The notes under the pieces were generated by a model that ran no database searches, had not been told where the DNA came from, and was given only the letters and a program-made list of their open reading frames with translations. From NCBI RefSeq assembly GCF_006345805.1, contig NC_043003.1:74648001-74712000 (forward strand): a DNA stretch of 64,000 nucleotides, written 5' to 3'. Shown here piece after piece: positions 63,813 through 64,000 of the stretch; positions within the stretch are counted from its first letter, which is position 1, and each line of letters opens with the position of its first letter. Both the position numbers and the translations under genes were made by a program. This stretch comes from Octopus sinensis. Lineage: Eukaryota.

Positions 63813-64000
63813 GTTTTTTTATACATACATATATGTACATACCTACACATATATGCATATATGAATATAGGACGTCAAAAAAACGCGGACAAAGTAAAAA
63901 AATATTGAATATAAAAATACAAAAAACATGAATAAAGAACTTTTTTTCGAACAACGAAAGAAACAAATGGAGAAACGTGTCAGGCAACATAAAGAACAAT

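Overview
AT-rich, repeat-dominated eukaryotic DNA with no rRNA, tRNA gene, CRISPR array or recognisable host gene. The dense (TA)n/(CA)n/(TAA)n/(CATA)n microsatellites and SINE/LINE families resemble coleoid cephalopod (octopus-like) genomes; this is an inference from repeat style only. Most ORFs in the supplied track are microsatellite artefacts. Well-supported content: eight R4/Dong-like RLE LINE pieces, mostly seated in (TAA)n or related triplet tracts, one with an uninterrupted 344-aa C-terminal ORF; a full-length but decayed 3.8-kb RTE-BovB-like LINE with a 13-bp target-site duplication; a decayed Penelope-like GIY-YIG fragment; Tc1/mariner fossils; hAT and mariner MITEs; Helentron-like (HINE) elements; and many tRNA-derived SINEs, some concatemeric. 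The most notable signal is at least three families of non-coding repeats carrying minimal type I hammerhead ribozyme motifs on the minus strand. One is a ~550-bp head-to-tail array (32201-33679) with one hammerhead per unit and a terminal inverted arm, i.e. a retrozyme/Penelope pLTR-like architecture. A speculative chain of phase-compatible + strand exons may indicate that the whole window lies in the introns of an unidentified gene.
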